Shown piece after piece: positions 1-13,638 of a stretch of 64,000 nt of DNA. Each line of letters opens with the position of its first letter. Position 1 is the first letter of the stretch. The stretch covers positions 3,968,001 to 4,032,000 of the forward strand of contig JBHGNT010000016.1 of the NCBI GenBank assembly GCA_043228905.1, in the 5' to 3' direction. The notes beneath the pieces were generated by a model. That model worked only from the letters and a program-made list of their open reading frames with translations, ran no database searches and was not told the origin of the DNA. Origin of the DNA: Azolla caroliniana. Its lineage: Eukaryota; Plantae; Polypodiophyta. The position numbers and the translations under genes were made by a program.

Positions 1-1935
1 GTAAAGTCCCAGCTGTCGGACACATTTGAAATGAAGGACCTGGGGGACCTTCATTATTTTCTTGGGATTGAGGTGATCCGAACCCCCAACGGCATATTGC
101 TCTCACAATGACACTATGTGTTGAATATGCTGTACAAGTTCGGTATGACGAAGTGCCGACTTGTCTCCACACCCCTAGACCGGAACCAATAGCTCTGTCC
201 CAACTCCGGATTGGCCTGCGATGACCAACGGTTCCGACAAATCGTCGGAAGCCTGATATACTTGACGATCACTCAACCTGACCTCAGTTACCCAGTCAGA
301 GTGATCATCCAGTTCATGCAGAAGCCGACCGTCGAGCACCTTCAGTGCGCATACCGGATACTCCAGTATGTGAGCGGCACGAAGGACCGAGGACTGTTAT
401 ACCAACACGGTATAGTTGGGAAGCTAGTTGGATATACTAATGCCGATTGGGCTGGTGATACATCGGATCGCCGTTCCACCTCCGGTTACATGTTTTCTCT
501 GGGTAGCGCGACTGTTGCGTGGAGCAGCAAAAAGCAACCAACAGTGGCTCTGTCAAGCACTGAGGCTGAATACTGGGGCGCTACCAATGCCACCTGTGAA
601 GCCATCTGGCTTCGGCGACTACTGCAAGACCTGTGGTTTGAGGTCCCGACCTTGATCCTGCTCTATTGTGACAACATGAGCAACATTTAGCTCGCAAAGA
701 ACCTCGTGTTCCATGCTCGAACGAAGCACATAGAAGTCCACTATCACTTTGTGCGTGAGCGGGTTTTGAGCGGTGAAGTAGAACTTCAGTATGTTTAGAC
801 GGATCAACAAATTGCCGATATCTTCACCAAACTACTCGGATCGGACAAGTTGCAACACTTCACTGAAATGCTTGGTGTTTAGCATCTCGACGTGCCGCAC
901 TTGAGGGGGAGAAAAGGAAAGGGAATGGATGGCACCAGACAAGGAGCCAGAGAGGAAGAAAGAACCAACAAAAGGGGAGACAAGAGGAAAAAGGAAGCCG
1001 AGCCGACCGAAGGAGTCGGCACATCCGAAAAGGTCGGAACAAACGGCAACGGCAGCAGAGTCAAGAAGGATAGAGCCGACCGGAAGAAAACGGCCAAGAC
1101 CCGAACGTGGTCTGGTGTGGTGAAGGGCCTGAAACCGGAAGATGAGTTGGAGAACATCGACTCGGACAAGAGCTGGAACGAATCGAAGGAAACCGATTCG
1201 GTTCAAGATTCGGAGAAGCTGGATCAACTAAAGGCCAAGCGGACACAGACGCAACGGAAGTCAACGCCAACACGAAGGAACCGACGGGTCGACAAGCGCC
1301 GGAGTCGCAACAGCAAGGGAGCTGAAATGGGCCTGTTGAGCAGTCAAGCTGACCGAGGAGGTCGAGGTGTGCAGAACCAGAAGGGTCGCGGCAAACAAGA
1401 CCGGACCGGACGAGGAATGTGAGCGAGGTGGAGCAACGCCAGAAGGAGCCGGGTAGAAGAACCGGCTGCCGCGGACACTAACACCACGATCTGACCTCAA
1501 GTTGAGCTTGAGGGGGAGTGTTGAGCGAGCAAGCTCAACTGGATCCAATTCGGCATCCGGAAGGATGAGCCAGATCGGTATCCGGAAACAACTGGCCGGA
1601 TTGGGGAGCTGGATCAGAGAGCCGGATTCGAGCGGGAACCAAAAGCCTAGTAGTAGCCTAGACTACTAGGTAATCATTGTCTCGTAGTTAGTGTCAGTCA
1701 CACTTGTGAGCATTGAAGTACCTGTCAGTACTTCTGTCAGTCCTTTATGGACTTGTATAAATAGTGCTGTTTAGCACATTGTATCTACAAAGTTTTAGAG
1801 TTAATTCTTGAATATAGTTTTATGTTCTGCTCTCTCTATCTCCTCTATGTTTGAAGCTTTTCCATTAAACCTTCATCTCATTTTCTGTTGCTATCCTACT
1901 GAGCTGGTTTTGTCTGACGCTTCCACACATTAACA
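1..1935 (+). mobile_element. 3' part of a decayed Ty1/copia LTR retrotransposon (RT end, RNase H, 3' extension, PPT, 3' LTR)
   Basis: ORF 211-690 has copia RT/RNase H motifs (GSLIYL..PDLSY, GYT[N]ADWAGD..RRSTSGY, SSTEAEY, LYCDN) with in-frame stops; PPT agggggag 1511-1518 followed by TG. Confidence 0.9.
1519..1935 (+). repeat. copia 3' LTR (TGTT...AACA)
   Basis: Starts tgttg directly after the PPT; ends taaca at 1935, where the minus-strand LINE ORF loses similarity to its paralogue at ~10.1 kb; tataaata near 1757. Confidence 0.7.
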
Positions 1936-3902
1936 TTCACACAAACAATAGACATTCTTGCCTTATATTGAGACCAACATTTAGGGTTGACATTTGCAAT
2001 GTAGTATTCTAGCTTTGTCCTCTTAGCATCCTCCCACTTCATCCTTAATGATTCCACCAACCTTTCCTCAATCATTACATATTGCATAGCATTGCCCGAA
2101 AGCTCTAAAAGATCATCCACACCCCATCTTCTAAACCATTTCCTTATGTCAACAACCCAACCAGATGAGAGAATCTTACTTTTATGATTCTTTTGTAGCT
2201 TATATCCAACATTCCAAGCAAGATGTGGTAATCGATGATTCGGCATATTCTTGGCTTTTGTAATGTATTTATATACTCTTTGGAGTGCCAATAGTTCTAT
2301 GGGTCGAACACCCGTTTCCAAGAGCATAACCTGGTAAGAGGTAGTGCATTTAACTCCTAATTGCCTCCTTAAAAACATCTTTTGAATTTTCTCAATCTCG
2401 TTCCATGCATTAAGAGAGATGGTGCCACCCCATACTTCTACTCCATAAAGCAATACTTGAGTTACCATGGCATTGATCAACATTAGTTTTACTTCCCATC
2501 CACAAGTATCACTTTGGTTGCATTGGTTCTCCAAAAGGTAATATGATTTCCAACCGGCTTGGAGTTTGGAATCAAAGCATGCACTCCATTTATTTGTGGC
2601 GGGTACATCAATACCAAGATATTTAAAGCTTTGAACAAATTGTATATGTTCACCTTTATATGTGAGCATAGGGTAATGATGAGGTTGGATGGTTTGCACT
2701 ACCATCATTTTTGTTTTCTCCACATTCACTGCTAGTCCACTACTATGGCAAAATTCTTCTAATACCCCAAGTAAATGTTGCATACTATCAACATCATATG
2801 AGAAGAGTACCACATCATCTACATATAGAAGCAATAAGATAACATGTTGCATCAAATTGAGGCCATTCAATCCTTCTTCTCTTGCAACCTTATTCACCAC
2901 TTCTTCTAATTTATCAATACATAAGCCAAAGAGTGTGGGTGATAGTGGACATCCTTGCTTGACCCCCATGTTACATAAGAAGTGCTTTGAGAATCCACTA
3001 TCCATTTTTAGTTGGCATTTAATTTGTTCATATAGGTGTGCAACTGCAACTCGGTACGCTAATGGCATGTCAATGTCTACCATTCTATTCCAAAACTCAC
3101 TTCGTGGTAAGGTATCAAAAGCTTTCTTGAAATCAACAAAACAACAATAATGTGTTTTTCCTTGTAGTCGACGACTCTCTTCCATGATTACTATTAATGT
3201 GACCAAATGATCCGCGGTGGAGTGTTTTGGTGTAAATCCGGCTTGCCCAAGTGCTCTTTTGCTTGTACTCTCAGCCCATGTGCTTAACTTTTGCTCCATA
3301 ATAGTGCTATATAATTTAGCAATAGTTGAGCTCACCATTATTGTACGATAATTTGATACTTGATTCCTATCTCCGGCTTTAAATATTGGTTTAATCCAAT
3401 TCATAAGCCAATCATTTGGAAATCCTTGTTTTATAGCTTGCTCTAAAATTGTCATTATCCAATGACGAGTGTGTGACATTGTCCATTTTAAAAGCCCACT
3501 TGAGACGTAGGTTGAATCTGCTGCTTTCCCACTTGCCATCTTCTTTATTCCCTTATTGACATCATCAATATCGATGCATGTAGTGCATGGAGTTTCAATT
3601 TTCTCAACCATAGGAGCCACACCTTCATGCATATATAACCTTTGTACATAGTCTAGCATCTTTTCATTTGTAAAGTGACCTTTCACATCTTCTTTCTTAC
3701 CCTTGAGTTGTCCCAATGCTAATTTTGGTTTGAGCTTAAACAATTTTTTCTTTTTCATCTCTTGCATTTGAAAATATCTTCTTTTCTTTCTCCTCACTAC
3801 TTTCTTGTGAATGTGCCATGCAACAATTTTTTCATTCCCCCCTTCTATGGTCTTAAACCATTTGAGATACATCTTACATTCATCGTCGAACCAAGGATAC
3901 AT
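1936..3902 (-). CDS. LINE reverse transcriptase (uninterrupted ~650 aa stretch)
   Basis: ORF 1896-3902 with non-LTR RT motifs; last residues read into the copia LTR. Confidence 0.8.
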
Positions 3903-4300
3903 GGAAAACTACACATGTTATGCTCACCCACATGTCTCTTAAAGCATTGATATCCAACCTTAAGGATTATATCCTTCAAATGTTGCCAATTTTCTTTAAC
4001 ATCGTTGCTTAGAGAAAAATTTAACAAATGGTTCTCCATTTCCTTTGCATACATCTTAGCTTTTTCGTAGCAAGGTCGGATGATACATCTCTTTTCGTCT
4101 TTCACTCCATGACATCTAGTGGAATGTGGAATTGCAAGATCTAAGTACAATGGCTTGTGGTCTGAGTCCGGAGATAGAGAACCAACTTTAAACACATTCA
4201 CCAATGATAGATCACATGCCAACATTAATGCATAATCAACCACACTTCCTCCACCCAAGGATGGTAAAAATGTAGGCACATTTGTCAATGGCAATGCCTT
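1936..4300 (-). mobile_element. RTE/RTEX-like non-LTR retrotransposon, 5'-truncated, 3' end cut by the copia LTR
   Basis: Endonuclease C-terminus (VVDY..SDHKPL) in ORF 3845-4294, frameshifted into an RT ORF (QAGF, FVDFKKAFD, GVKQGCPLSP, YVDD, KYLG, YGVEVWG); clade assignment tentative. Confidence 0.8.

Positions 4301-4386
<86 letters not shown>
4301..4386. repeat. (TAGA)n(GA)n compound microsatellite
   Basis: Directly visible; separates two divergently oriented LINEs. Confidence 0.97.
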
Positions 4387-4387
<1 letters not shown>

Positions 4388-7300
4388 GAAAAACGCGACG
4401 CCGTTTCAAGAATAGTGTTGAAACATGTTTCTGATGTAACTTTGTCCTCAGAACTCTGTTTTTTATGATTTTTGGCTCATTGCGAAGCTCGTTTAGAGGG
4501 GTTTCCAAGGTTATTTGGAAGTTATGTTTCGTTATCATTACAAGAAGCTACAAGCAAAAGTTTCATCGTCTCAGGTTAGTTCTCTCAATCTTTATTAGGA
4601 TGGCTGACACAACAATAGGAAGTGAGTTGATGATTGTTGATGGATGTGGTAGTGATGATGGTTATGAAAATTACAAGAGGAAAAAGTGTATTGATTCTAC
4701 AAAACATGAGAAAACATCATATGCTGCTATTCTTGGTGGGAAAGATGTTATTGGAGATGATTATGATATTGATAGTCATCGTGATTTTGTCAAGGCTTTG
4801 CTTTCCGATTTTATGGAAAAAAATGAGAAAGGTGCTAAAGATTGTGTGGAGGAGGATGTTGTCGAGGTGGTGATGGAGACCAACTCTATGTTAGCAACTT
4901 TTGACAGGTTCTATGATCATGGTGTTATTTTGTATTTCACTAGCAAACTTCCTTTGGTATCATGGATTAAGTAGTGGTTGAATTCATTCATAATGCCTAA
5001 TTGTGTTGAGCATGTGTATGTGGGTCCAAGAAGTTTCTATGATGTAGTTTTTCCATCGTTAGAATACCGTAGGACTTTGATGGCAAAGGTACCAATATTT
5101 TTTGATAGAAGATTAGTGCATGTGATGGAATGGGTTCCAATGGTGGATTATAAAGATTTATTAAAAGAACAATGTCCAGTTTGGGTGACCGTTGATTGTA
5201 GTAACTCATTCTTTTGGGATTTACTACCAGGATTGATGTCCCAAATTGGTAAAGTTTTGGTTGCTCCTCATGTTAATTCATTGAACAAATGTAGATTTTG
5301 CATGTTATGGGATACAAGTTGTAAACTTCCAAGATGGTTGAGTATCGATACATCTCGATTTGGTCGTTTTCGTTTAAAGCTTCAATGAGAAACTTTTGCA
5401 GGACATTGTTTTAAATGTGGTAAATTGGGGCATTTTATGGCTGTATGCCAATATCATGGTGAACTATCCCCAGAAAATAATGTCAAAGGGAAAAATAAGG
5501 AAGATGTTGAGAAGGATATTGTCTCAATGGTTGATATGGTCATGGATGAGGGAACATCTCACGGGTTAGAGTGAGATCCTAAAGTTCATGGTCATGTTAG
5601 AGGTGTTGGGGAGGAGAATGGAGTATGTAATAATGATGGCCCAAATGTTGAAGATGGAGAGTGGCATCAAGTGAAGCATAAGATAAAAGGGAAGGGTGTT
5701 GCCATACAAAGGGAATAAAAAAATACTTATGGTATGACATTACCAAAAGATAATTTGAGATTGAAGGAGGGGTTTAAGAAAAATCCTTGGTAGAAACAAG
5801 TGCGAAATCAGAGATTGTCCAACCAATTACAATTCGATTCTTTAGGAATGGTGGTACGACCTCAATTAAATCAAGGACTTCGTTCTTGTGGAGCTAGACA
5901 ACAAATATTGGTGGAGGGGATGTAGTACACACAAATCCTTATGCAACTCTTGAACAAGTAGTTAGTACATTCATGAATATACTTGCTCATAAAGAGCAAG
6001 TTATTATCAAAGGTGTTAAATGAAAGTGGTATCGTGGAATGTGAGAGGGGCATCTTCTACTCATAAGAAATATATATTATGGAAAACTTTATTTGATAAA
6101 TATTGGGATGTTTTATGTGCAGTTGAACATAAGTGTCATGATTTAGCAGGATCTGTGTTACATTTGCGTGGATATTCTGCATATTATGCAGGACAATTAT
6201 CACATCATTACTCAGGGGTTGTCATGATTATTCGTGATTCGTTTTGTCCACATATAGTCTATAATGATCCATATGGACGTTTTTTGGTGATGGAAGTCAA
6301 GTATTTTGAGGATTTGATATGGTTGGTAAGAATCTATGCACCCAATAATGCTAATCAATGCATTGAATTATGGTCTTCAATGTATCCACGGTTATTAGTG
6401 GGATGTGTTGGTTTGTTAATGGGTGATTTTATATGTGTGTTGATGCTTCACAATCTACTTCACAATTCTCATTGATGGATTCTCTTGAGCAAGCAGTTTG
6501 GGGCAAATTGGCATCAGAGGTTTTGAAGTTGGATGTATGGAAATAGTTGCATCAAGATGATGTTGGGTTTACATTTCAGTCTATGCAATACAAGGAAACA
6601 TGGAGTAGGTTAGATAGAATGTATGTTATGCATGATGAGTCCTTTCTGCCAGAGATGTTTAATATGTCAATTATGCAAGAGGTTGTGACATCAGATCATT
6701 TTCCCATATGTTCTAAGTTTAATAAACATGGGGTAGATATGTACAAAACATTGCTTCAACGAGTCCCTTTAAGGTTTAATTCTTCTTTATTTGATGCCTA
6801 TATGCAACAAATTTTTGGCATGTTTTCAGAACAAGTTATTTCAAAAGGATGGCATGCATGGGATACAACACTACAAAACATCAATGATATTCATCGTATG
6901 TATGGTATGACTAATGCTAAAAGACGTAAGAAATTGATTGATAAGTTTTCATATATTCTTACACGGTGCAATGTACTATTGATGAATAATCCACATGATG
7001 AAGAGGTTCTGGATGTTCAAGTTCAAGTACAGGATATTGTGAAGAATTTGTCTTGTCAAAGTTATCAATAGACAAGACTACGCCAATTAAAGGAGGGATT
7101 TATAGATAATCAATCACAATCTCATATGTTTTTTCAAGGATTAAGACCACCATATGCTCGTTCAAATGTGGTACAAATTAAGATAGGGGATGACATTGTT
7201 GTAGACCTAGTCAAGGTTATTGAGTTATGTATTACTCATTTTAAGAATTTGATTGGGCCAGAGTTGATTATTAATGAGGATGTCTTGAAAGCACGACAAG

Positions 7301-9887
7301 AGTTTTATAATGTAATTGGGAGTGCCTTGAATACAAATAGTTGTCAAGAATTGGATGCTGATTTTGAAGAAGTTGAGGTGGAAAAGGTATTGTTACACCT
7401 TCCAAATGGTAAAAGCCTTGGCTGGGATGTTGTTACAATTGAAGTTTTTAAGAAGTATGCTAGCATGCTTAAGAGTCCATTCACACAAATGTTTCAACAA
7501 TGTTGGGATTCTGGTTTCATGCTTGAGAGCTGGAAGGTGGGCTTAATCAAATTGATACCAAAGGTACCATCTCCTGAGACATTTCATCAATGGAGGCCTA
7601 TCTCATTGATGGGAGGGTTGTACAAAGTGTTTGCAAAGATATTATCCAACAGACTTAAGAAGTTCTTACCTCAACTTATTCATCCATCTCAATATGGTTT
7701 TATTACAAGTAGAAATATATTGCATAATGTTTTGAACGTTCAAATGGCGACCGATTAGACTCGACATACATATCAAGAAATGGTTATGGTGCAATTAGAT
7801 TTGAAAAAAGCATATGATCATGTTAATTGGTCTTTCCTCTTAGGTGTGATGTATAATATGGGGTTTGGTCCTCGTATGTGTTGACTTATCTTTTTGCTAG
7901 AGCAAAATGCAACCTCCCGTGTGATGCTTAATGGCAGAGTCACTCAGAAAGTGTTTCTTACTAGATCCGTGCGGCAAGGATGTCCACTAAGCCTATTGTT
8001 ATTTGCTATTGTTACACATCCTTTGTTAGTAATGTTGTCAAATCTTGCGGCCAGTGGTGATATTGTGGGTTTGCATCTTCCTTCTGGTAGACAATTGGTG
8101 GCACAAGCATTGACAAATGATTCTTTTATGTTTTTACAAGCCTCAAAAGAAAAACTTAAAAGGAGTATGCAAGTTTGGGATCAATTTGCTTGGGCTTCAG
8201 GGTTGTATATAAATTGAAGGAAGTCTCGCCTTATTTCTTGCACGGAGAGTGATTTGGAATGTTTGGGATTGCGAGGGTCAGTGATTACACGAGGTTCAAT
8301 TTATCGACATTTGGGTTATCCATTGGGTATTGATGTTACAAATGTTCAATTGATTGATTGGATTGGTAGTAAATTGAGGGACAAATTTATGTATTGGAAG
8401 TCTCAATTATGGCCCTTTCATGTACGACTCAAAGTGGTGCAATGTATCTTGATACCCATGTTATTATATTTTTTGCCTTTACTTCCTTGGACTAAGAAGG
8501 CATTACAAAGCATGTTACAACTTATTGGGTTCATGTTGTGGTGGAAGGGAGAAATGATGGGAGTTACATGGATTTCATGGGACCATTTGGCTACTCCTAA
8601 AAGGTTAGGTGGCGCAACAATATTGGATTTGGAAAGGCATTTGATGGCTTGTAGATTTACATTATTACGAGATATATGTCAACAAGATCAACCATGGATA
8701 TCTATGATGCAATATTTTATTGAGCATGAAGGATTAGTGCATGGGAAAACAAAGATTCAATCATCATGGTGGTCACTACTGAATTGAAGTATTCCTCTAA
8801 AGATTCGACATTCTGTATGTGGACAACATTTGGTAAGATCGTGGCACGATGCATTATCTCTTTTTGAATGGGAACCATCAAGTGATCGAGAATATTGTAT
8901 TCATTACAAAACAAATTGTTTGTTTCTTCTCGAGTGTTGTTTTGGCATGGGAAAGAGAAGTTGAGATCTCAATTCAATCGTTTATTTTGATTGGGGATTG
9001 TACATTTGGAAGATGAGGTTGATAATGAATCTCAAAGGTTGTCGGATTTTGAAGATGCCAAGAGATGGTTATGTATTCCCCCAAATTATGGATTTATTTG
9101 GGAGAAATTACATGATATACCATTGTTGCAAGGATCTTTGCCATTGAAAACCAAATTTGCACCTTGGGTAGATTGGCGGTTACAAGATGGTACACACTTG
9201 TTATAGGTCACTACAAATATATTGTATCATCATGCGATGGCATCATTATCTTGGCTATCTCCTAAAGCAACGAAGGTGTGGAATGTATATAAGTCAAATG
9301 CAAGGTGGCGGAAAATATTACAACGTGGTTGGCATTCCCATCTACCATTTCGTGCAAAGGTATTCATATGGAGAGTCATGATTGGTGGGCTCCCATTAGG
9401 TTCGGCCTTAAAGAGACGAGGACTAGGGTTTGGCACTTGTTTCTTTTGCACCGTTCCATTGGAGGATAGGTCACATAAGTTCATTAAATGTCCTATAGCG
9501 TGTACCATTTGGAAGTACTTATTAGACATTTGGCAAGTTTTAACCCGTTGTTTGAGATCTCAACAATGGGTTTTTTCTCAATATGTTCAAAATGGATCAA
9601 ATAATGAGATGGAGATAGTTGTGGTACAAGTAAGTTACCATAGTTGTGGTACCCGGATAACTTGGTTGTAAAAGAGTAGGTGGGATAATTTTGTTGTACA
9701 TGAGGAGGTGGGGATTATGACCAGATTTGTGTGGGGAAGGACAATGAGTTTTGCTGAATTTGTTGTTGTTGGATATTTCGATCCCACTAAGGTTAGGCCT
9801 TTGTGGATCTTAATGTTTGAAGTTTGAACTTTGTTGTATTTTGTTTGCTAACTAATGTGAATCAATGTTTTTTTTGTAAAAAAAAAA
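4387..9887 (+). mobile_element. Near full-length, decayed L1-clade LINE
   Basis: ORF1 from ATG 4600 with zinc knuckle CFKCGKLGHFMAVC (~5407); ORF2 from 6020 with APE (SWNVRG, YAPN, GDF, SRLDR, SDH), RT (WRPISL, QYGF, KAYD, RQGCPLS, HLG) and C-terminal CFFC..H..C finger; poly-A 9878-9887; many stops and frameshifts. Confidence 0.9.
6020..9671 (+). pseudogene. L1 ORF2 (endonuclease-RT-zinc finger), fragmented
   Basis: ORF pieces 6020-6475, 6547-7071, 7126-7758, 7894-8217, 8254-8787, 9222-9671 in the expected domain order. Confidence 0.85.
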
Positions 9888-9889
9888 CC

Positions 9890-10620
9890 CATCATAGCTT
9901 TCATGGATTGCACTATATGCAAAGCTTGTAAAAAGCAAGTGATATTCATCGTCTACTAGCCCTTCTATGCATACCTTTACATGTCTTTATATTTGACTGA
10001 TTTTGATTCTATAATGCAACTTCAATACCTAGGTTATGTGTGATCGAGTGCGCCCTAGGAGTGTTAGGGGTCTACAAGAGTTAATACTCATGTTAGTAAT
10101 GAGGTAAGGTTGAATATGAATTGTCATTTTAATTTCTTTCCACTTCTTCCTTAGTGGGTTCATTAATCTTTCCTCAATATCAATATATTTCATAGCATCA
10201 TTTGAAAGCTCTAGGAGATCTTGCACATCTTATCTTTTGAACTATTTTTTGATGTCAACTACCCAACTGGATGAGAGAAATTTGCTCTAACAATTGTTTT
10301 GTAGTTTACATCCAACATTCCAAGCAAGATGTAGTAATTTATGATTTGACATATTCTTGACTATTTTAATGTATATATATACTCTATGTAGCACTAATAT
10401 CTCTATAGGTCAAACACTTGTTTCCAAGAGCATAACTTGATTGGAGGTAGTGGATTTTACTCCCAATCGTCTCCTTAAAAACATCTTTTGAATTTTCGCA
10501 ATCCATTCCATACATTAAGAGATATAATGTCTCCCCACACCTACTCCATAAAGCAAAACTTGTGTTACCATGGAATGAAATAACATTAGTTTCACCTTCT
10601 ATCCAATAGTATCACCCTGG
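9890..10620 (-). mobile_element. Decayed 3' fragment of the same RTE-like LINE family as 1936-4300
   Basis: 10140-10615 aligns by eye to ~2030-2515 (e.g. tatccaacattccaagcaagatgt, gtttccaagagcataac, ccttaaaaacatcttttgaatttt). Confidence 0.8.
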
Positions 10621-12704
10621 CTTAAGCTCTACCTTACTTCTCCCTCAAAAATCAAGAAAAATTAAGAAAAGGCTTAAAAGTGACTTACATGGTCTTACAT
10701 TGCCCTTGGGTCTTTTTACACTTCAGTCACCATTGGGTCACGTTTCTTCGGTTCTCTTACCGTGACTCTTTTTCCTTGTGTTAAACTTGTTGCGTTGCCA
10801 CGACTGTCTTTGTCCATGACCTTGGAAGGTAAACAAATGAAGTAGATTATAGGTACTTAACAACTCAACCCACACTCTAGTGTAATGTTGTTTTTTGCTT
10901 TTTCACTCATATATTAAATGTAAGAACCTCTTCCAATATTTATTTATAAATGTCTAAACAAATCTATTTCTCTTTCAATAAATTCTCCTTTTTAGTATTA
11001 ATACTCTCATGAAGTTAGCATCATCATGCTCTTCATGCTTATATTAATTTATAAAGTTATGATCATACATAGATGAATCAAATTGTTTTGAAATCATTTC
11101 TTGAAGAATATGAAAACCTATATGATAGCTGAATTTGTGGGGAATATTTGCACAATGTTTTATTATGGATCAAAGTGCTACATAGGGACAATATTAATAT
11201 TTTCAAATAAAATAATTACAAAGATCAGACAAAGATGTAGTATATTTAAAAAGAGACTTCGAAATTCGACTAATAATAAAGTTCGTACATATATTGGTTG
11301 ATATTTTGCACTTTTAAAGACTTGGATTCTCTCGTTATAAATGAGTACACAATCATTTTTAAGTGAAACTCAAGAAAACAAGTCTATTTTTGGAACTACA
11401 AAGACCTTTATAACTTCATAAGTTATTCTACAAATAATTGAGTCACACCTAGGGTGGTGATTTTGATTTCTTAGCCCCTAATAAAGCCAATCTAGACTCT
11501 CCCACCAATCGTAACAACATCAAGGCTCTCCCTAAAAAGAACCAATGCTAGGGAGTGACACAACATTTAATCACCACTTAATGACCATGACATAAAAGTT
11601 AAGTAGCCTAGGGAATTGGTGGACAAATATGATGCAACAATCACCTTTATGGGAAAACGTAACAAACATTGACCGAATTCATGTAGAATCTAGAAATGCA
11701 TTTTGAAAGTGTTTGGTTCAAATAGTAAGGACCAATCTAATTGAAATATTCGAATAGGAAATGGTCTAGATCAGGTTGTCACAATGAGAAAGGATTGGAG
11801 AATGAACAATGGAGCTCTACAACGAATGCCTAAATATATGTAGAGGAATACCATTGAAACATGTTGTGCCTAATGAATCTAGAACCATTCATGCAACCAA
11901 AAGCATCATAAGCTTAAATGAACCATATATCAACCATTGACTTCAAGTTGAAATGACGATGTTATGAGAAGAGATTGACCCGCATCCACAATCTAGTTGA
12001 TTGTTTTAGGAGGGGTCTTTATTGACATTGAAATTGAGACCTTGATTTGGATGATCATGCCAATGGAATCAAGATTGATTACACATGCTTGTTGTTTGGA
12101 GAACGCAGAGTAGTTGAAATACAAACATTTGGTGTCTCAGATATCTTGGTGCTTAGTGAGAGGTAAGGGAACTATGCCTAAATGAAAAGAGATTTATGTG
12201 GTATTGTATTGGTGGTCAAGGCAGACTATGACTTCTTGATAGGCAAGAAGGTATCATTGAGATGGAATATCATCCAATTTTTGGGATCCTCAAAACCTAA
12301 CATCGTTATGCTAAGTTGGATAGCTTTATAAGGCCCCTAAATTTGGAAATTTGGCATGTTCTTGGGAAGCACAATTTCACACAAACATGATCAAAAGCCA
12401 AGTATGAGGGGGAGATGGAATCTTCTCTCAATCTCAATCCTGTGCACAAGGAAGGAATGAGGAGCCATCCAAAGGTGACAAGTAGTTGTGGTTTATCAAT
12501 GTATTTCCTAACTCTTGCTAGCTATCCAATCCATAACATTGGGAATGCCCATCCAAATGAAATATATTGATTAATTCGTGATACATTCTTAGATGGAGAA
12601 ACATCGATGATTAATGAAATTGTGTGGCAAGAGTCTTGTATCTTGTATAATAACTTTATTAGTCTCCACTTGACACTTCCTAGTTACATTGTGACACTTC
12701 CTAG

Positions 12705-13638
12705 TTACGGCTCGAACCACCTCTTCGCAACCTTCTGGGTCGACCGGTGTTGGTTGTCTAGGCTATTGTCGTAGGCCAACACCCAATCACCTTCCTCAAT
12801 CTTCCTCAGTCGGAGTAGGTGCGTTTGGTCAAATCGGGCCTTGTTCCATTTCCTCACTTCCTCCGTTCTTGCCGTCGCTCGCTCAACATCTTCTGGTCTT
12901 CGTTCGAATTGTCGGATCCGTGCCACCAACAGGTCCTCTTGGCTCATCTCCACGGACTAGTCGACTGCCAACCACGAAGAGATCGTCCTTTCCACCGGCA
13001 TGATCGGTTTCTGTCCGAACATAAGCTCAGCCGACATGTATCCGGTCACCAAACTGTGTGTGGTTCGGTCGGTCCAAAGCGCATAAGGAAGTAGTCTCGA
13101 CCATTTCCCGACTCGTCCATCACACGCTCACACCAAAGCTTTCACGATCGGCCCATGTCCGATCTCGACTTTCCCATTAGCCTCCGGATTGTACGCTGTG
13201 GTGAGGGAAAGATTTACGCCTAGTCGGTCGAACAACTCCTTAGCTTCCTGCGCATCCAGTTCCCCTCGGTCAGCCATGATCTTACCCACGCACCCGTATC
13301 GGTAGACGACATCCTCTATTAGGAACTTGCATACGGTTGTGTTTGTCTTGTTCGTCAATGCTCTACCTTTCACTTGGTTTGTTAGATCTTCCCTTGCTAG
13401 CACTAGGTAACGCATCTGCCCTACTCCCAGTGGCATCGTCACCAAGTCGACCATCCACTTGAAGTGTATGGTTGGCGGGTAAGTCAGGTGCAACTCATCG
13501 CGGTGTCGGATCACTGAGTGCATCTGGCAGCTTTCACACGTCGACATGAAGTGGTGCACATCCTTATACATTCCCGACCACCAGTACTTCTCTTTCAGCT
13601 TCTCGAACGTGGCCCACATCCCTCAATGTCCAGACCAA
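12705..13638 (-). pseudogene. Old Ty3/gypsy element, integrase fragment
   Basis: H..C..C zinc finger region, WMVD, DRGE, YNPEANGKVE, KRWF; closely related to the intact pol at 19850-23317. Confidence 0.88.

Noticed and set aside
11400-12660. Possible highly decayed retroelement protease region on the minus strand
   Set aside because: Only faint motif hints and no sustained frame; cannot be supported by eye.
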